NCBI GenBank assembly: GCA_963803435.1
Contig: CAWDML010000009.1
Location: forward strand, 416,001-480,000
DNA length: 64,000 bases
Direction of reading: 5' to 3'
DNA from: an uncultured delta proteobacterium
GTDB taxonomy: Bacteria > Myxococcota > Kuafuiibacteriia > Kuafuiibacteriales > Kuafuiibacteriaceae
Of the stretch, positions 21,849 through 33,242 are shown piece by piece; the stretch's first letter is position 1, and every line of letters begins with the position of its first letter. A model generated the notes under the pieces. That model did no database searches. It saw nothing but the letters and a program-made list of their open reading frames with translations, and was not told the DNA's origin. Both the position numbers and the translations under genes were made by a program.

Positions 21849-24800
21849 TTACTGCGGCGTGTAGCGGTAGATCGTGTTGGACGGCCAGTCGGCCTGGAGA
21901 CAGTTGGGTGTGCAGGCCAAGACCGCCGCGCCCCTCGTTCCGCCCTGTGACTCCCAGCCGACCGAGGCGCTCCACTCGGTGTTGTTGCCGGTGTCCACGA
22001 TCTGCCCGTAGTGGACCTCGATGACGTTCGTGGTCTCGAACAGGCGGATCTCGGCGGTCACGGCGCCGGTCTGGAGACCGCTCGGGTCGTACCGCGGGAC
22101 GTTCTCGTACGTGATCGTACGGACGCGGTTGGGGGCGGCGCCGGTGAGCGCCGTGCGCACGGAGGCGGCGGGCGTCACCGTGCGGCCGGGATCGTGATCG
22201 TCCCACCACCAGGCGAGGAGCGCGTTGGGGGCGGCGGTGTCGGGGAGGACGGCGTTGAGGAAGTAGCCCGTGAACGCCGGGGGCACCTCGAACATGACGA
22301 AGCCGTTGTCGCCCACCTGGACGTCGGTGACCGGAACGCCGAGGTAGTCGAACGGGAAGCCGATCGCCACCGGCACGATCGTCTCGTCGGTGACGGTGAG
22401 CGCCGTGCCGGGTGCGGGCGCGAGCACCTGCGGATACCGTGGTCACGACGAAGTTGATGAGGTTCGAGGTGCAGTCGTTCGCGCACGCGTCGGTGTCGAC
22501 GTTGTTCCCGTCGTCGCACTCCTCGACGCCCATCCGGACGAAGCCGTCGCCGCAGAAGGCGGTCTGACACTGGATGCAGGCGTCGGTGGTGATCCCGTTG
22601 CCGTCGTCGCACTGCTCGCCGGTATCGGTGACCGCGTCGCCGCAGGACGCGTTCGCGCAGGTGGTGCGGCACGCGTTCGGGACGGTGTCCGAGTTGGCGT
22701 TGCCGTTGTCGCACTGCTCGGGCGGCTCGACAATCCCGTTGCCGCATCCCTCGACCGTGCACTGCGCATTGCAACCGTCGCCCGCGATCGTGTTGCCGTC
22801 GTCGCACTGCTCGGAGGCGCGGAGGAAGCCGTCGCCGCAGAACGCGTCGAGACAGGTGTCGAGGCAGGCGTCGGTGTTGATCGGGTTGCCGTCGTCGCAC
22901 TGCTCGCCCGAGCTCACCGTACCGTCGCCGCAGCTCGCGGGCACGCAGAGCGTCGCGTAGTCGATCGCCACCGTCTGCGTGAGGCGCGGTGCGTGGCCGG
23001 GGAGGAAGACCACCTCGTTGGCGAGATAGTCGAAGCCCCAGTCGGTGACCGGCACCTGGACGCCGTTCACGCGCACCACCACCGAGCCTGGCACGGCCGA
23101 GGCCCCCAGAGGGAAACGGAGGCGGGCGGGCGCGAAGGTCGCGTCCGCGATCTCGGTCATGATCTGCGTGTAGCTCGGCAGGCAGACCGAGCGATCGAAG
23201 CCTCCGCTCTGATCGGCGGCTTCGACGTAGCGCGGCGCCACGTCCGCCGTCACACAGCCCGCGAGGCCGCCGGTGATCGTGAAGATCCGAGGCGTCCCGC
23301 CGGCGCCCGTGGGCCGGCCGGTGGTCAGCCGATCGAGGTAGCTCGAGACCAGATCGGGGCTCTGGTCGTCTTCGTCCGAGATGATGATCAGGACGAGCTC
23401 CGCGTTGGGCCGCAAGAAGCCGGCGTTGGGTCCTGCGAGCAGCGTGCTGTCGGTGACCGCCTCGGTGCCGGTCCGCAGGCCCTCCTCGATCCCCGAGCCG
23501 TTCACGCCCTGGTTGACGTTGTTCTGGAAGTCCTGCGTGCGCGTCGGGGAGGTCCAGGTGATCACCGCCGGGTTGCCGCGGAGCGTCCCCGAGATCCCCG
23601 GTGTCCCGTCGGTCGTCGTCACCGCGATGTGGTAGGCGGCGCCGGCCGCATCACCGCGCGTGATCAGGATCGGCCCGGCCGCGGCCAGGCTCGCCTGCTC
23701 CTCGGTCATCGAGCACGAGTCGTCCACCACCACCAGCACGTCGAGCTCGGGTGTCGCCTGTCCTGGGAACGTCACGGTGGTCTGGGCGGCGGCGCTCCCT
23801 TGGCCCTCGAGCGGGACGTAGATCGTGGGTCCGCCCGCCACCGCGATCTGCACGCGGCCTGTGAAGGTGCCGGCGGCGCCGGGCAGGAAGGTCACCGTGA
23901 AGTCGGCCGTGCCGCCCGCTGCGATCGCGACGGGGTTGGGGAGGGTCGAGGTGAGGCCGAGCTCGGGCGAGGTTCCGGCCTCGAGCGTGACGTCGACGCT
24001 CGCGGGGGTGGCGCCGTTGTTTTGGAGCGTCAGCGTTTGGGCGGCGGCGTTGGTGCAGCCGGCCTGAACCTGTCCGAAGTCGATCTCCGACGGCACTGCC
24101 CGGATGGAGCCGAACGGCGAGAGGCCGGTGCCGGTGAGGGCGATCGTGGGCGCCGCGTTCGCGACGTCGGTGGTGGTCAGCTCCACCGTTCCGCTGAACG
24201 AGCCCTCGGCCGCCGGCGCGAAGCGGATCCGGAGCAGGAACACCTGGCCGGGTCCGAGGTTCAGGCTCTGGGGCCCGTTGGCGAGGCTCAGCTCGGGCGC
24301 GCTGCCGGCGGCGAGGCCCACCACGTTGACCGCGCACGCGCCGGTTCCGGTGTTACGGACGGTGGCTGCGGCCTCCGCCGAGGCGCCCGGCGCCACCGCC
24401 CCGAAGTCGAGCGTGGTCGGGCTGAGCGCGATCGTGCAGCCGTTGGCCGTGAGGGCTTCGGCGGTGACCGGGATGGTGACCCGCGGGGTGTCGGAGTCGT
24501 TGCTGTCGATCCGGAAGCTCGCCGTGTGCATCCCGGGGGCCGCCGGGGCGAACGTCATGACGATCGACAGCGTGCCTCCGGCCGCCACGGTCACCGGCAG
24601 CGTCGCCGGCCCGCCACCCACCGTGAGCGTCGCGGTGAGCTCGCCGGTCGTCCCCGGCGCGAAGGCAGCGGCGGTGACGAGGAGCGGGACGTTCCCTGCG
24701 TTCATGCAGGTCGCAGTGCGCGCGGCCGTCTGCCCCACGCCCGTGATCCCAAAGTCGACGTTCGCCGTGCACTGGATGTCGGGGCCGCCGCCGGATCCGG

Positions 24801-25650
24801 ACAGTGGGATCGCCTTCGTGGCGTGCCGAGGATCGGGATGATCGACCGTCACGGCGATCGTCCCCGAGTCGTTGGTCAAGCCGGTCGGGCAGTAGTCGAC
24901 CCCGAGCGTGAGCGCGTCCCCGCCGGCCAGCGTCACCGGGGTGGTGGTGGAGCCTGCGACCTGAAACGCCGGCGAGCTGCCGGCGATGAGGCTGGCGTCG
25001 AAGATGGTGGCGGGATGCGCCGACTCATTCCTGCAGTCGACGTCCTGGTGCACGCACGCGTTCGGGTTGACGAAGCCGAAGTCGACCGGCGAAGGCGCGC
25101 ACGCGATCGCCTCGACCAGGCCGGTGCCCGTGAGCTGTACCATCGCGCTGCAGCCCGCCTCGCAGAGCGAGACCGGGATCGCGGCCATGTGCGCCGCGGC
25201 GGCGCCCGGGTGGTACTCGACCACGACAGAGATCGATCCGCCCGGCGCGAGCGTCATCGTACCGGGCGGGTTGGTCAGCGTGAGCGCGGCCTCGCCGGGA
25301 CCCGTGATCGCGCCGACGCTCACCACCTGATCCACCGAGGTGTGGTTGTCGATGCTGAACGCGAGCGAGGTGGTGCTGCCCACCACGGTGCCGCCGAAGT
25401 CGAGGAGGGTGGTGGACAGCGAAGCGGCGTCCTCGCCGGCGTCCACCGGCGCACCGGAGTCGTCCGGACCCCCGTCCTTCGGCGGGAGGCCCGCGTCATC
25501 CTCGGTGCCGGCATCGCCGCCGGCGTCGGGTCGCACACAGACCGACCCCTCGCGGACCGTCCCGGCCGGGCACTCGATCTCGGTCTCCTCGCCCTTCGAG
25601 CAGGCGAACGCGAGACAAGGGACGACGAGCAAGAACAAGTGAGCGCGCAT
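21849..25650 (-). CDS. large surface lipoprotein: repeated choice-of-anchor-D/ASH Ig domains + vWA + Cys-rich repeats + nidogen-like C-terminus; one extra base near 22436
   Basis: Lipobox AFAC; repeated 'L/V/I-DFG' Ig units; MIDAS 'VDDSCSM', 'ISDEDDQS'; CGDG repeats; C-terminus 'IGFPFDYLG...DNG' lies in frame 21849..22427. Confidence 0.85.
22470..22935 (-). repeat. five Myxococcus-type Cys-rich repeats (CGDG...EQCDDGN...C) inside the CDS
   Basis: Five units counted in the translation. Confidence 0.85.
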
Positions 25651-25709
25651 GAGACCCCTCCACGGTCCTCTTACGGCTCGGCTGGCGCTTCCTCCCCGCC
25701 GGATCAGCC

Positions 25710-27104
25710 TCAGCCGAGCTGGGCGATCATCAGCTTGGCGACGCTCAGGTAGATGAAAAGCCCCGACGCATCCACCAGCGTGGTGATCAGCGGTCCCGAG
25801 ACCACCGTGGGATCGATGCCGAGCTTCTGTGCCGCGATCGGGATGGTGGCGCCCACCGCGTTGGCCCAGGTGCAGACCACGACGATCGTCACGGCGACGC
25901 AGGCGGCGATGTCGACGCCCACCCCCCAGAGGAGCGCCCGCCCGAACGCGATCGAGCCGAGGAGCAAGCCGAGCGTGATGCCCGCCGTGACCTCCTTCGC
26001 GATCACGCGCAACGCGTCGGTGACGCGGACCTCGCCGATCGCGAGCGCGCGGATGATCGTCGAGACCGTCTGCGAGCCCGCGTTGCCGCCGGTCCCGATC
26101 AGGAGCGGGATGAAGAACGAGAGCGCCACCACCTTGGCGAGCTCGCCCTCGAAGTGGCGGAGGACGTATCCGGTCGCCGTCTCGGCGACGAACAGGAGGA
26201 TCAGCCACGTGATACGGCTGCGCACCACGCGGAAGATCGAGTTTCGGAAGTAGGGGAGCTGGGCGGCCACCTTGCCGGCGACCGCGCCCTGGTTCAAGAG
26301 CTCGGCGCCCGCCTGGTCGAGCGCAGCGTCCAGCAGATCGTCGACGCGCACCGCGCCCACCAGCCGGCCCTCGCCGTCGATCACCGGCAGAGAGAGGAAG
26401 TCGTGGGTGCGGATGATCTCGGCCGCGTCCCCGATCTCGGTATCCTCGGAGACCGCCAGCACGTCCCGCGTCATGATCTCGTCGATCGGCGTCCCCGGGT
26501 CGGTGACGACCAGGAGCCGCAGCGGCGCGACACCGACGAGCTTGTCCTTGGACAGGACGTAGCAGTTCTGCGCCACCTCGATCTCGTCCGCGTTTGCCCG
26601 GAGCACATCGAGCGCATCCTGCACGCGGACCCCGCGGTCGCAGGACAGCACCCACGGTGTGGTGACCCGGCCGACGGCCGAGGGCGGGTAGGCGAGGATG
26701 CGGTCGAGGCGCGCGCGGTCACGCTTCTCGATCGCGGACTCGAGCGAGGCCCGGGCCTTCTCGGAGACCGCTGAGAGGATCGCCACCTGCTGGTCGGTGG
26801 GGAGCCGGGCGAGCACACGTGCGGCACGCTCCGCCTCGGCGGAGGCCAGAATGTCGCCTGCCACGGTCGGATGCGCGGCCCGCAGCATCCCGGCCGCCCT
26901 CCGCTCGTCGCTGGCGCGGAAGAGCCGGGCGGCGTCACGGGCGTCCCGCCGCGAAAGATCACGCCCCACGTCCGCGGGGCGGACCATCCGCATCGCCTCC
27001 TTCAGCGCCTCGTCGCCTTCGCCCAGCGCCTCGTCGATCAGGGAAAGGTCCGCGACCGGAAGCGCGCTCTTCGCGCCCTCCTCTTGGACTCCGCCTGCGC
27101 TCAT
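25710..27104 (-). CDS. mgtE: magnesium transporter MgtE
   Basis: CBS pair, 'RSRITWL', 'PLLIGTGGNAGSQ', 'DPTVVSGPLITTLVD'. Confidence 0.93.
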   Translation of the reverse strand: MSAGGVQEEGAKSALPVADLSLIDEALGEGDEALKEAMRMVRPADVGRDLSRRDARDAARLFRASDERRAAGMLRAAHPTVAGDILASAEAERAARVLARLPTDQQVAILSAVSEKARASLESAIEKRDRARLDRILAYPPSAVGRVTTPWVLSCDRGVRVQDALDVLRANADEIEVAQNCYVLSKDKLVGVAPLRLLVVTDPGTPIDEIMTRDVLAVSEDTEIGDAAEIIRTHDFLSLPVIDGEGRLVGAVRVDDLLDAALDQAGAELLNQGAVAGKVAAQLPYFRNSIFRVVRSRITWLILLFVAETATGYVLRHFEGELAKVVALSFFIPLLIGTGGNAGSQTVSTIIRALAIGEVRVTDALRVIAKEVTAGITLGLLLGSIAFGRALLWGVGVDIAACVAVTIVVVCTWANAVGATIPIAAQKLGIDPTVVSGPLITTLVDASGLFIYLSVAKLMIAQLG

Positions 27105-27175
27105 CGGCTCTTCCTGGCGTGGCGCCACGTTTTTCGCAACTTGCATCCGCGCACCCCGAGGGGCAAAGAGCGGCG

Positions 27176-28516
27176 ATGGAGCCGCGCGAGGAGAGCCCGG
27201 AGATCACGGGACTGGCCACCGGCGACCTCAGGCCGAGCGAGCTGCTCGACGCCTGGCCGTTTCTCTCGCCCGACGAACGTCTCGAGGGCTTCAAGCTCCT
27301 CCCGCACGAGGAGGCGGAGGATCTGTTCCTCAGCGCCGACGCCCGCACGCAGGCCGAGATCATCGGCAGCCTCCCGCCTGCCGAGCGCCGTCTCTGGATG
27401 CGAGCGCTCCCGCCCGACGACGCGGTCGACCTCCTGCAGGCGGTCTCACCCGAGATGCGCGACGCGCTGATCGCGCTGCTCGACGCGAAGATGCGGAGCG
27501 AGGTGATCGCCCTGCTCGCGTACGCCGAGGATGACGCGGGCGGTCTGATGAACCCACGGTTCGCGCGCGTGCGCCCGGACATGACCGTCGGCGAGGCGAT
27601 CGGTTATCTGCGCCGGCAGGCCCGCGAGCCTCACGAGGCGCCCTCGTACGTCTACGTGATCGAGCCCGATCAAAAGCTCGTGGGCGTGGTGTCGTTCCGG
27701 ACGCTGTTCTTCGCACCGCCCGAGACGCGCGTCCGCGACATCATGAGCACCGACCTGATCACGGTGCCCGAGCAGATGGATCAGGAGGTCCTGAGCCGTC
27801 TCTTCGCGCAGCACGATCTGATCGCGATCCCGGTCGTCGATCCGCAAGGACGGATGAAGGGCATCGTCACGGTGGACGACATCGTCGACGTCGTCGCGCA
27901 GGAGGCGACCGAGGACGCCCAGAAGTACGGCGGCATGGAGGCCCTGGAGGCGCCATACATGGCGGTCGGCTTCTGGGAGATGATCCGGAAGCGCGCCGGC
28001 TGGCTCTCCGCGCTGTTCATCGGCGAGATGCTGACGGCCTCGGCGATGGGCTACTTCGAGGACGAGATCGCGCGCGCCGTCATCCTGGCGCTCTTCGTCC
28101 CGCTCATCATCAGCAGCGGCGGCAACTCGGGGTCGCAGGCCTCGACACTGGTGATCCGATCGCTCGCGCTCGGCGAGATCCGCCCCCGGGACTGGTGGCG
28201 GGTCATGGGACGGGAGATCCGCTCCGGCATCACGCTCGGCGGCGTGCTCGGCACCATCGGCTTCATCCGGATCGTCCTGTGGCAGAAGCTCTTTGGCTCC
28301 TATGGCGATCAGTATCTGCTGGTGGCGCTCACCGTGGCGCTCAGCCTGCTCGGCGTGGTCACGTTCGGGACCCTGGCCGGATCGATGCTACCCTTCCTGC
28401 TGCAGCGCCTCCGGCTCGATCCTGCCAGCGCCTCGGCGCCGTTCGTCGCCACGCTGGTCGACGTCACCGGGCTCATCATCTACTTCACGGCCGCCGCGAT
28501 CATCCTCGGGTACTGA
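27176..28516 (+). CDS. mgtE: magnesium transporter MgtE (divergent paralog)
   Basis: 'PPDDAVDLL', CBS pair, 'SGGNSGSQ', 'DPASASAPFVATLVD'. Confidence 0.95.
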   Translation: MEPREESPEITGLATGDLRPSELLDAWPFLSPDERLEGFKLLPHEEAEDLFLSADARTQAEIIGSLPPAERRLWMRALPPDDAVDLLQAVSPEMRDALIALLDAKMRSEVIALLAYAEDDAGGLMNPRFARVRPDMTVGEAIGYLRRQAREPHEAPSYVYVIEPDQKLVGVVSFRTLFFAPPETRVRDIMSTDLITVPEQMDQEVLSRLFAQHDLIAIPVVDPQGRMKGIVTVDDIVDVVAQEATEDAQKYGGMEALEAPYMAVGFWEMIRKRAGWLSALFIGEMLTASAMGYFEDEIARAVILALFVPLIISSGGNSGSQASTLVIRSLALGEIRPRDWWRVMGREIRSGITLGGVLGTIGFIRIVLWQKLFGSYGDQYLLVALTVALSLLGVVTFGTLAGSMLPFLLQRLRLDPASASAPFVATLVDVTGLIIYFTAAAIILGY

Positions 28517-28949
28517 CGGGCCTCGCGTCTTCGCGCGAAGGCCTGGAGCGTGCCGTGGAATTCGAGCGGATCGGCCAGCAACGACCAGGTCCCGGCACCC
28601 TCGTCGCGACGGACACGCCGGCATCGATCGAGACGCGGAAAGCGCTCACGAAGCTCGTCGGGAGCTCCGAGGTCAGACAGGTCCCGGGAGCGGCGCGAGG
28701 AACCTCACCTTCGGGGAGGCCGAGGGTCTCGAGGGTCTCGGCGTAGTAGACGATCTCGATCTCGTCGAACGTCCCATCCCTGCGGAGCACGAGCTCATCG
28801 GTCCTCGGGTGAGCCTCGAGGAACGGCTCGCCCTCGGTCAGGTACGCGATCAGCACGGTCTGGACGCTCGGGTCGGCGGGCGGGAGCGCGACCGTGATGG
28901 CGCGCGGGGAGCTGCAGGCCGACAGGGCGAGGAGCGCGCACCACCTCAC
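28500..28949 (-). CDS. small lipoprotein (3' end uncertain, possible indel near 28605)
   Basis: GTG start, lipobox LSAC; follows the amidohydrolase on the same strand. Confidence 0.5.
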   Translation of the reverse strand: MRWCALLALSACSSPRAITVALPPADPSVQTVLIAYLTEGEPFLEAHPRTDELVLRRDGTFDEIEIVYYAETLETLGLPEGEVPRAAPGTCLTSELPTSFVSAFRVSIDAGVSVATRVPGPGRCWPIRSNSTARSRPSREDARPVSTRG

Positions 28950-28974
28950 TGGGCGAGGGTAGCGAACTCCGCGA

Positions 28975-30858
28975 TCAGTGGCACTCGCCGATCGGGAGAC
29001 CCGCCGATGCGGACTGGTCGACGCAGGTCGCGGGGGCGGTACAGGCGCCCGGATCGGTCGGGTCGCACAGCTGCACGCAGGTATCGGTCGCGAAGTCGCA
29101 GTCGAGTCCGGGGGCGCACAGCTGGCCTGGATCGCACGGCTCGCCGGCCTCGGCTTGGCCGGCCACCCAGCAGAGCGTGGCCGCGTTGCCCAGCCAGATG
29201 CAGGCCTCGCCGTTGGTGCAGTCCTGGAGGAGGGGATCGCAGCCGTCACCCTCGTAGCAGAACCCGGCCGTCTGCGAGCCGTCCTGCGGGAAGCACGCCG
29301 AGCCGGTCGCGCAGCCGGCGATCGCGCCGCACACCGGCGCGCAGACCTCCTGCCATCCGCAGTACGTGCCGCCGACGCACTCGGATTCGGCGAAGCAGGT
29401 CGCACCCTCCGGGCGGCCGGCGATCGGTGTCGTCACGAGCGAGGTGTCGCGGGAGAGCGCCAGCGCCGCCCGGTCGACCTCGACGCCGTCCCGGTAGACC
29501 GCGACGGGGTGCTCGAGCGCGGTGATGTCGGCGCCGGCGTCGCCCTCGACGATCAAGAGGTCGGCGAGCGCGCCCGCCTCCAGCCGTCCCAGATCGCTGC
29601 GGCCGAGGAAGTCGGCGGCGCTCTTCGTACCGGCCTCGAGCGCGCGGATCGGTTCGAGCCCGTTCTCGACGTAGAGCTCGAGCTCGCGGATCAGCGAAGG
29701 GCCATGGAAGGTGCCCGGGTTGCCGGCGTCGGTGCCCGCGGCGATCTTCACGCCCGCCGCCACCGCGCGCCGAAAGTTGGCTTGCGCCCGATCGAAGGAG
29801 GACGACGACCACTCCATGTAGGCCGGATCGCTGAGGCGGGTGCGGCTCGTCGGATCGCGGAGCGATTCGATCACGACGCTCGGGACGTCGTCGGACAGGT
29901 TCGGCGCGTCGAGGAAGCCGAGGTCGTCGTTGGAGAGCTGGGAGAGGCGTTCGAACACGACCAACGTCGGCACCATCACCACGCCCTCGCTCGCCATCCG
30001 CTCGGCCAGCGCCGTCGAGAGCTCGTCCTGGCTGGGGACGTGGGCGAGCGCGCGCACGCCCTGGTCGAGCACGATCTCCACGTCCTCGCTCTCGGAGACG
30101 TGCGCGATCACCTTGATGCCGGCGGCGCTGGCGAGGGCCTGGACGCGGCCGATCGAGTCGGCGGCCAGCTGCGGGAGCGCATGCCCGAGGACGCCGGACT
30201 CGAGCACGATCTTCACGACGTCGGGATGGCGAGAGAGCAGCTCGGGGAGGAGCGCATCCGCCTTCGCGGGTGTGTCGGCGAAGAGGCACGCGTCGCCGGG
30301 CGGGGAGCCCGAGTAGCAGGGATGGCCGCCGGTGGCCGTGACCAGCGGGCCGGCGGCGAACAGGCGCGGTCCGAGCAGCACGCCATCGCGCAGGCGCTGG
30401 CGGTACTCGAAGATCGCGCGCTCGGAGGTGCCGAGGTCGAGGTAGCTGGTGACGCCAGCGCGCAGCATCGCCTTGAAGTGCGGCTGGTAGCGATCGCCGG
30501 TGAGCAGGAAGGCGTCCACCGCGCTCGAGGCGGGGGAGTGGACGTGGAGATCGAACAGACCGGGAAGGATCGTCTGGCCGGTCAGATCGATCACCTGGCC
30601 TGACTCGACCTCGACCTCGCCGAAGACCACCTCACGGATGCGATCGCCCTCGACCACCACGGTCCCGAGATTGGCGCGGCTGCCGTCGAACACGGTGCCG
30701 CCGGTGAAGACCAGGCAGGCTGGGCAGCCCACCGCCGGCAGCGGCGCGGCGTCTGGCAAGCCGCCGGCGTCAGGGGTCGGATCGATGAGGTCGTCGGTGG
30801 TCGCGTCGGTGCAGGCCGCGACGAGGAGAGGCAGGGCGAGGGCGATGAGACGGGGCAT
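28975..30858 (-). CDS. amidohydrolase-family lipoprotein with C-terminal Cys-rich repeats
   Basis: Lipobox VAAC; PGLFDLHVH, carbamylated-Lys position 'VVKI', IAH, LAH, GTDAG; Cys-rich tail. Confidence 0.9.
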   Translation of the reverse strand: MPRLIALALPLLVAACTDATTDDLIDPTPDAGGLPDAAPLPAVGCPACLVFTGGTVFDGSRANLGTVVVEGDRIREVVFGEVEVESGQVIDLTGQTILPGLFDLHVHSPASSAVDAFLLTGDRYQPHFKAMLRAGVTSYLDLGTSERAIFEYRQRLRDGVLLGPRLFAAGPLVTATGGHPCYSGSPPGDACLFADTPAKADALLPELLSRHPDVVKIVLESGVLGHALPQLAADSIGRVQALASAAGIKVIAHVSESEDVEIVLDQGVRALAHVPSQDELSTALAERMASEGVVMVPTLVVFERLSQLSNDDLGFLDAPNLSDDVPSVVIESLRDPTSRTRLSDPAYMEWSSSSFDRAQANFRRAVAAGVKIAAGTDAGNPGTFHGPSLIRELELYVENGLEPIRALEAGTKSAADFLGRSDLGRLEAGALADLLIVEGDAGADITALEHPVAVYRDGVEVDRAALALSRDTSLVTTPIAGRPEGATCFAESECVGGTYCGWQEVCAPVCGAIAGCATGSACFPQDGSQTAGFCYEGDGCDPLLQDCTNGEACIWLGNAATLCWVAGQAEAGEPCDPGQLCAPGLDCDFATDTCVQLCDPTDPGACTAPATCVDQSASAGLPIGECH

Positions 30859-30916
30859 GGCGCTCCTTGCGCCCGCCCCGGGGGACTCATAGCAGACCGG
30901 CGGTGCTTCAGGAAGC

Positions 30917-33242
30917 TCAGGGACGGCAGAGGCCCTGATACGTGAGCTCCACCTCCTGGCCGGGCTGGGGGAGCCCGCTGCCGTGGAACTTCACCGAGTT
31001 GCTGAGCGGCTCGAACGTATAGCCGTCGAGGAGATCCTCGGGGACGGCGGTGCCGTCGACCGTGACGACCAGCGTGGCCGGATCGACGGCGCCCAGAGAG
31101 ATCCCACTCGTCGATGGGCGAGAAGACGTCGAGCCCGATCTGGTCGAAGAACGGCGCCCAGTCCTCCTCACAGGCGCTGTAGAACAGGCCGTTGGTCTCG
31201 CGCGTCATCCAGAAGTAGCGATAGCCGGGCTGGACGAAGAAGGGCCGCTCGTTGGGACAGGGACCGAGCACCGGGCCCGCCAGCGCGTGCACGACCATGC
31301 GGTCGGGACGGTGGGCGCCCTTCACCGAGAGGAAGTAGTCCCGCAGGAGCGCGTTCGACTCCACCGAGTCGTCGTCGCGGGTCGCCAGCACGATGATCAT
31401 GAGCTTGGCGTCGGGCCGGATGAAGCCGGCGTTCGGGTTCGTGTTGGGATCCTGATCCGTCGGATCGAGCGCGCGCTCGATCGCGCGCTTGGCGGCGCCC
31501 AAGCCGGAGACATAGAAGAAGGTACCGTTGATCCCGACGTCGAGCGTGCACTGAAGCTCGGCGATGCGCGTCGCCTGATCGGCGTAGCTTGAGCGGGTGA
31601 TCGCAGGATCGGGGAAGCAGCGGTGGAACTTTCCGGCGTTGCTCGAGCGGGAGTCGGTCACGGTGACCGCCATCTGATAGTCGGCGTTGGCCGCCTCCGC
31701 GGTGGTGATGAACGACTGGACCTGACCGATCAGCATCGCCTGCTCGTCCTCCGAGACGAAGGTGTTCTGCACCACGAACAGGACGTCGAGGCGTGGGCCG
31801 TCGAGCTGGGTGAAGGTCTCGGTGGTCGGCGTGTCGTCGGTGGCGGTGCCGCCGAGGAGGATGCGGGTGGGGCTGCCGACCGCGTTGTGGTGGATGAGGA
31901 GCGCGCCCTTGTGCTCGGCCGGTGAGAGTCGGCTGGGGCTGAAGCGGAGGTTGATGCGGCCCTCCTTGTTGGGCGGGATGACGATCGTGCTGGTGGTGAC
32001 GGGGCGGCCGTCGACCAGGACGTCGCTGACGGAGAAGAGGTCGTCGCTGCCGCGCTCGATCTCGAGGCGCGTGATCCGGAGCTCCGCGTCGCCCACGCTG
32101 TAGATCTGCACGTAGCCGATCGGCGAGCCGCACTCGGAGCGCGGCGGGACGCCCATCGGGTTCCGCAGGATGACGTGGCCGAAGTCGACCTGGGCCGGGA
32201 AGACCGAGATCACCGGCTTCGAGGCCTGGCCGAAGAGCTCGATCGAGGCGCGGGCGAGCCCGGCGTCGTTGGTGTCGATGTTGAGGACCCCGCGATCGCC
32301 GAGCTCGCTGAAGGGATCGTAGAGCACCACGATCGAGACCGAGCCCAGCGCGGGCACCGGGAGCGGATAGCCGCTGGTCTCCACCATGAACGACTCGCCG
32401 GTGCCGATCTGCGCCTTGAGGATCTCCGCGTCCTCCGGGCACCGGTTGGAGACCTCCACCGAGGCCCGGGCGATCTGGCCGACCGGGGTGGTGTCGAAGA
32501 GGAGCTGGTCCGTCGGGAAGACCGAGAGGCAGTCTTGGAGCGGCGGCTCGCCCTCGAGGGTCACCGCGACCTCGGTGCCCTCCGACTCCTTCACGCGCAG
32601 CTCGCGGGTCGGAGTGCCGGGCATGCGGGATTGGGCGATGTGCTGGACGGAGAGCGTGGTCTCGGCGCCGGCGGCCAGCGTGAGCGGGAGCTCCGGAGGG
32701 TCGACGATCGCGAAGAGCACGGGGTCGAGCTGGATGCTGGTGATGACGCAGTCGCGGGTCCCGAGCGCCGCGATCGTGACCTCCTTGATCTCGCCGACCG
32801 TGAACACCTGGTGGGTGGGCGCCATGGACAGCCGGCAGCGCTCGCGCGCTTGTCCGCGCGCGGGATACTCGGCGGTCGGGAGATCCGGATCGTTGCTGGA
32901 CAGGCGCAGCGTCGCGTCGAACGTGCCGGGCGCGGTGGGCTCGAAGCGCACGAAGATCTCGCCCTGCCCGCCGGCGATCACGCGCTCGGGGCTGCTGCTC
33001 ACGCGGAAGGGGGCGTCGACGGCCACGTCCTCGAGCAGGAGATCGAAGTCGCCGTGGTTCTCGACCCGCACGATCGCCGGGTCGACCTCGGTCTCGCCGA
33101 CCACCACCTCACCGAGCTCGAGCGCGGTGCCCGCCGAAGGGATCAGCACCATCTCGGGGCGAACGTTGGCGAGCTTGCCCTCGTCGGAGCAGGCCGCCCC
33201 GACGATCAGCCACAGGCAGACGAGCGACGCGCGCATCATCAT
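30917..33242 (-). CDS. Ig (choice-of-anchor D) + vWA-like lipoprotein; one extra base near 31093
   Basis: Lipobox GAAC; Ig repeats; 'PNAGFIRPDAKL'; C-terminus 'NSVKFHGSGLPQPGQEVELTY' lies in frame 30917..31171. Confidence 0.8.

Noticed and set aside
22390-25752. Long antisense ORFs (this one, 28978..30603, 57380..59284, 60052..61833 and others)
   Set aside because: Shadow ORFs opposite well-supported genes, expected from GC3-rich codon usage.
21388-26655. 1755 aa giant protein
   Set aside because: Artefact joining an mgtE off-frame read, the adhesin and the small downstream gene through the 22436 indel.
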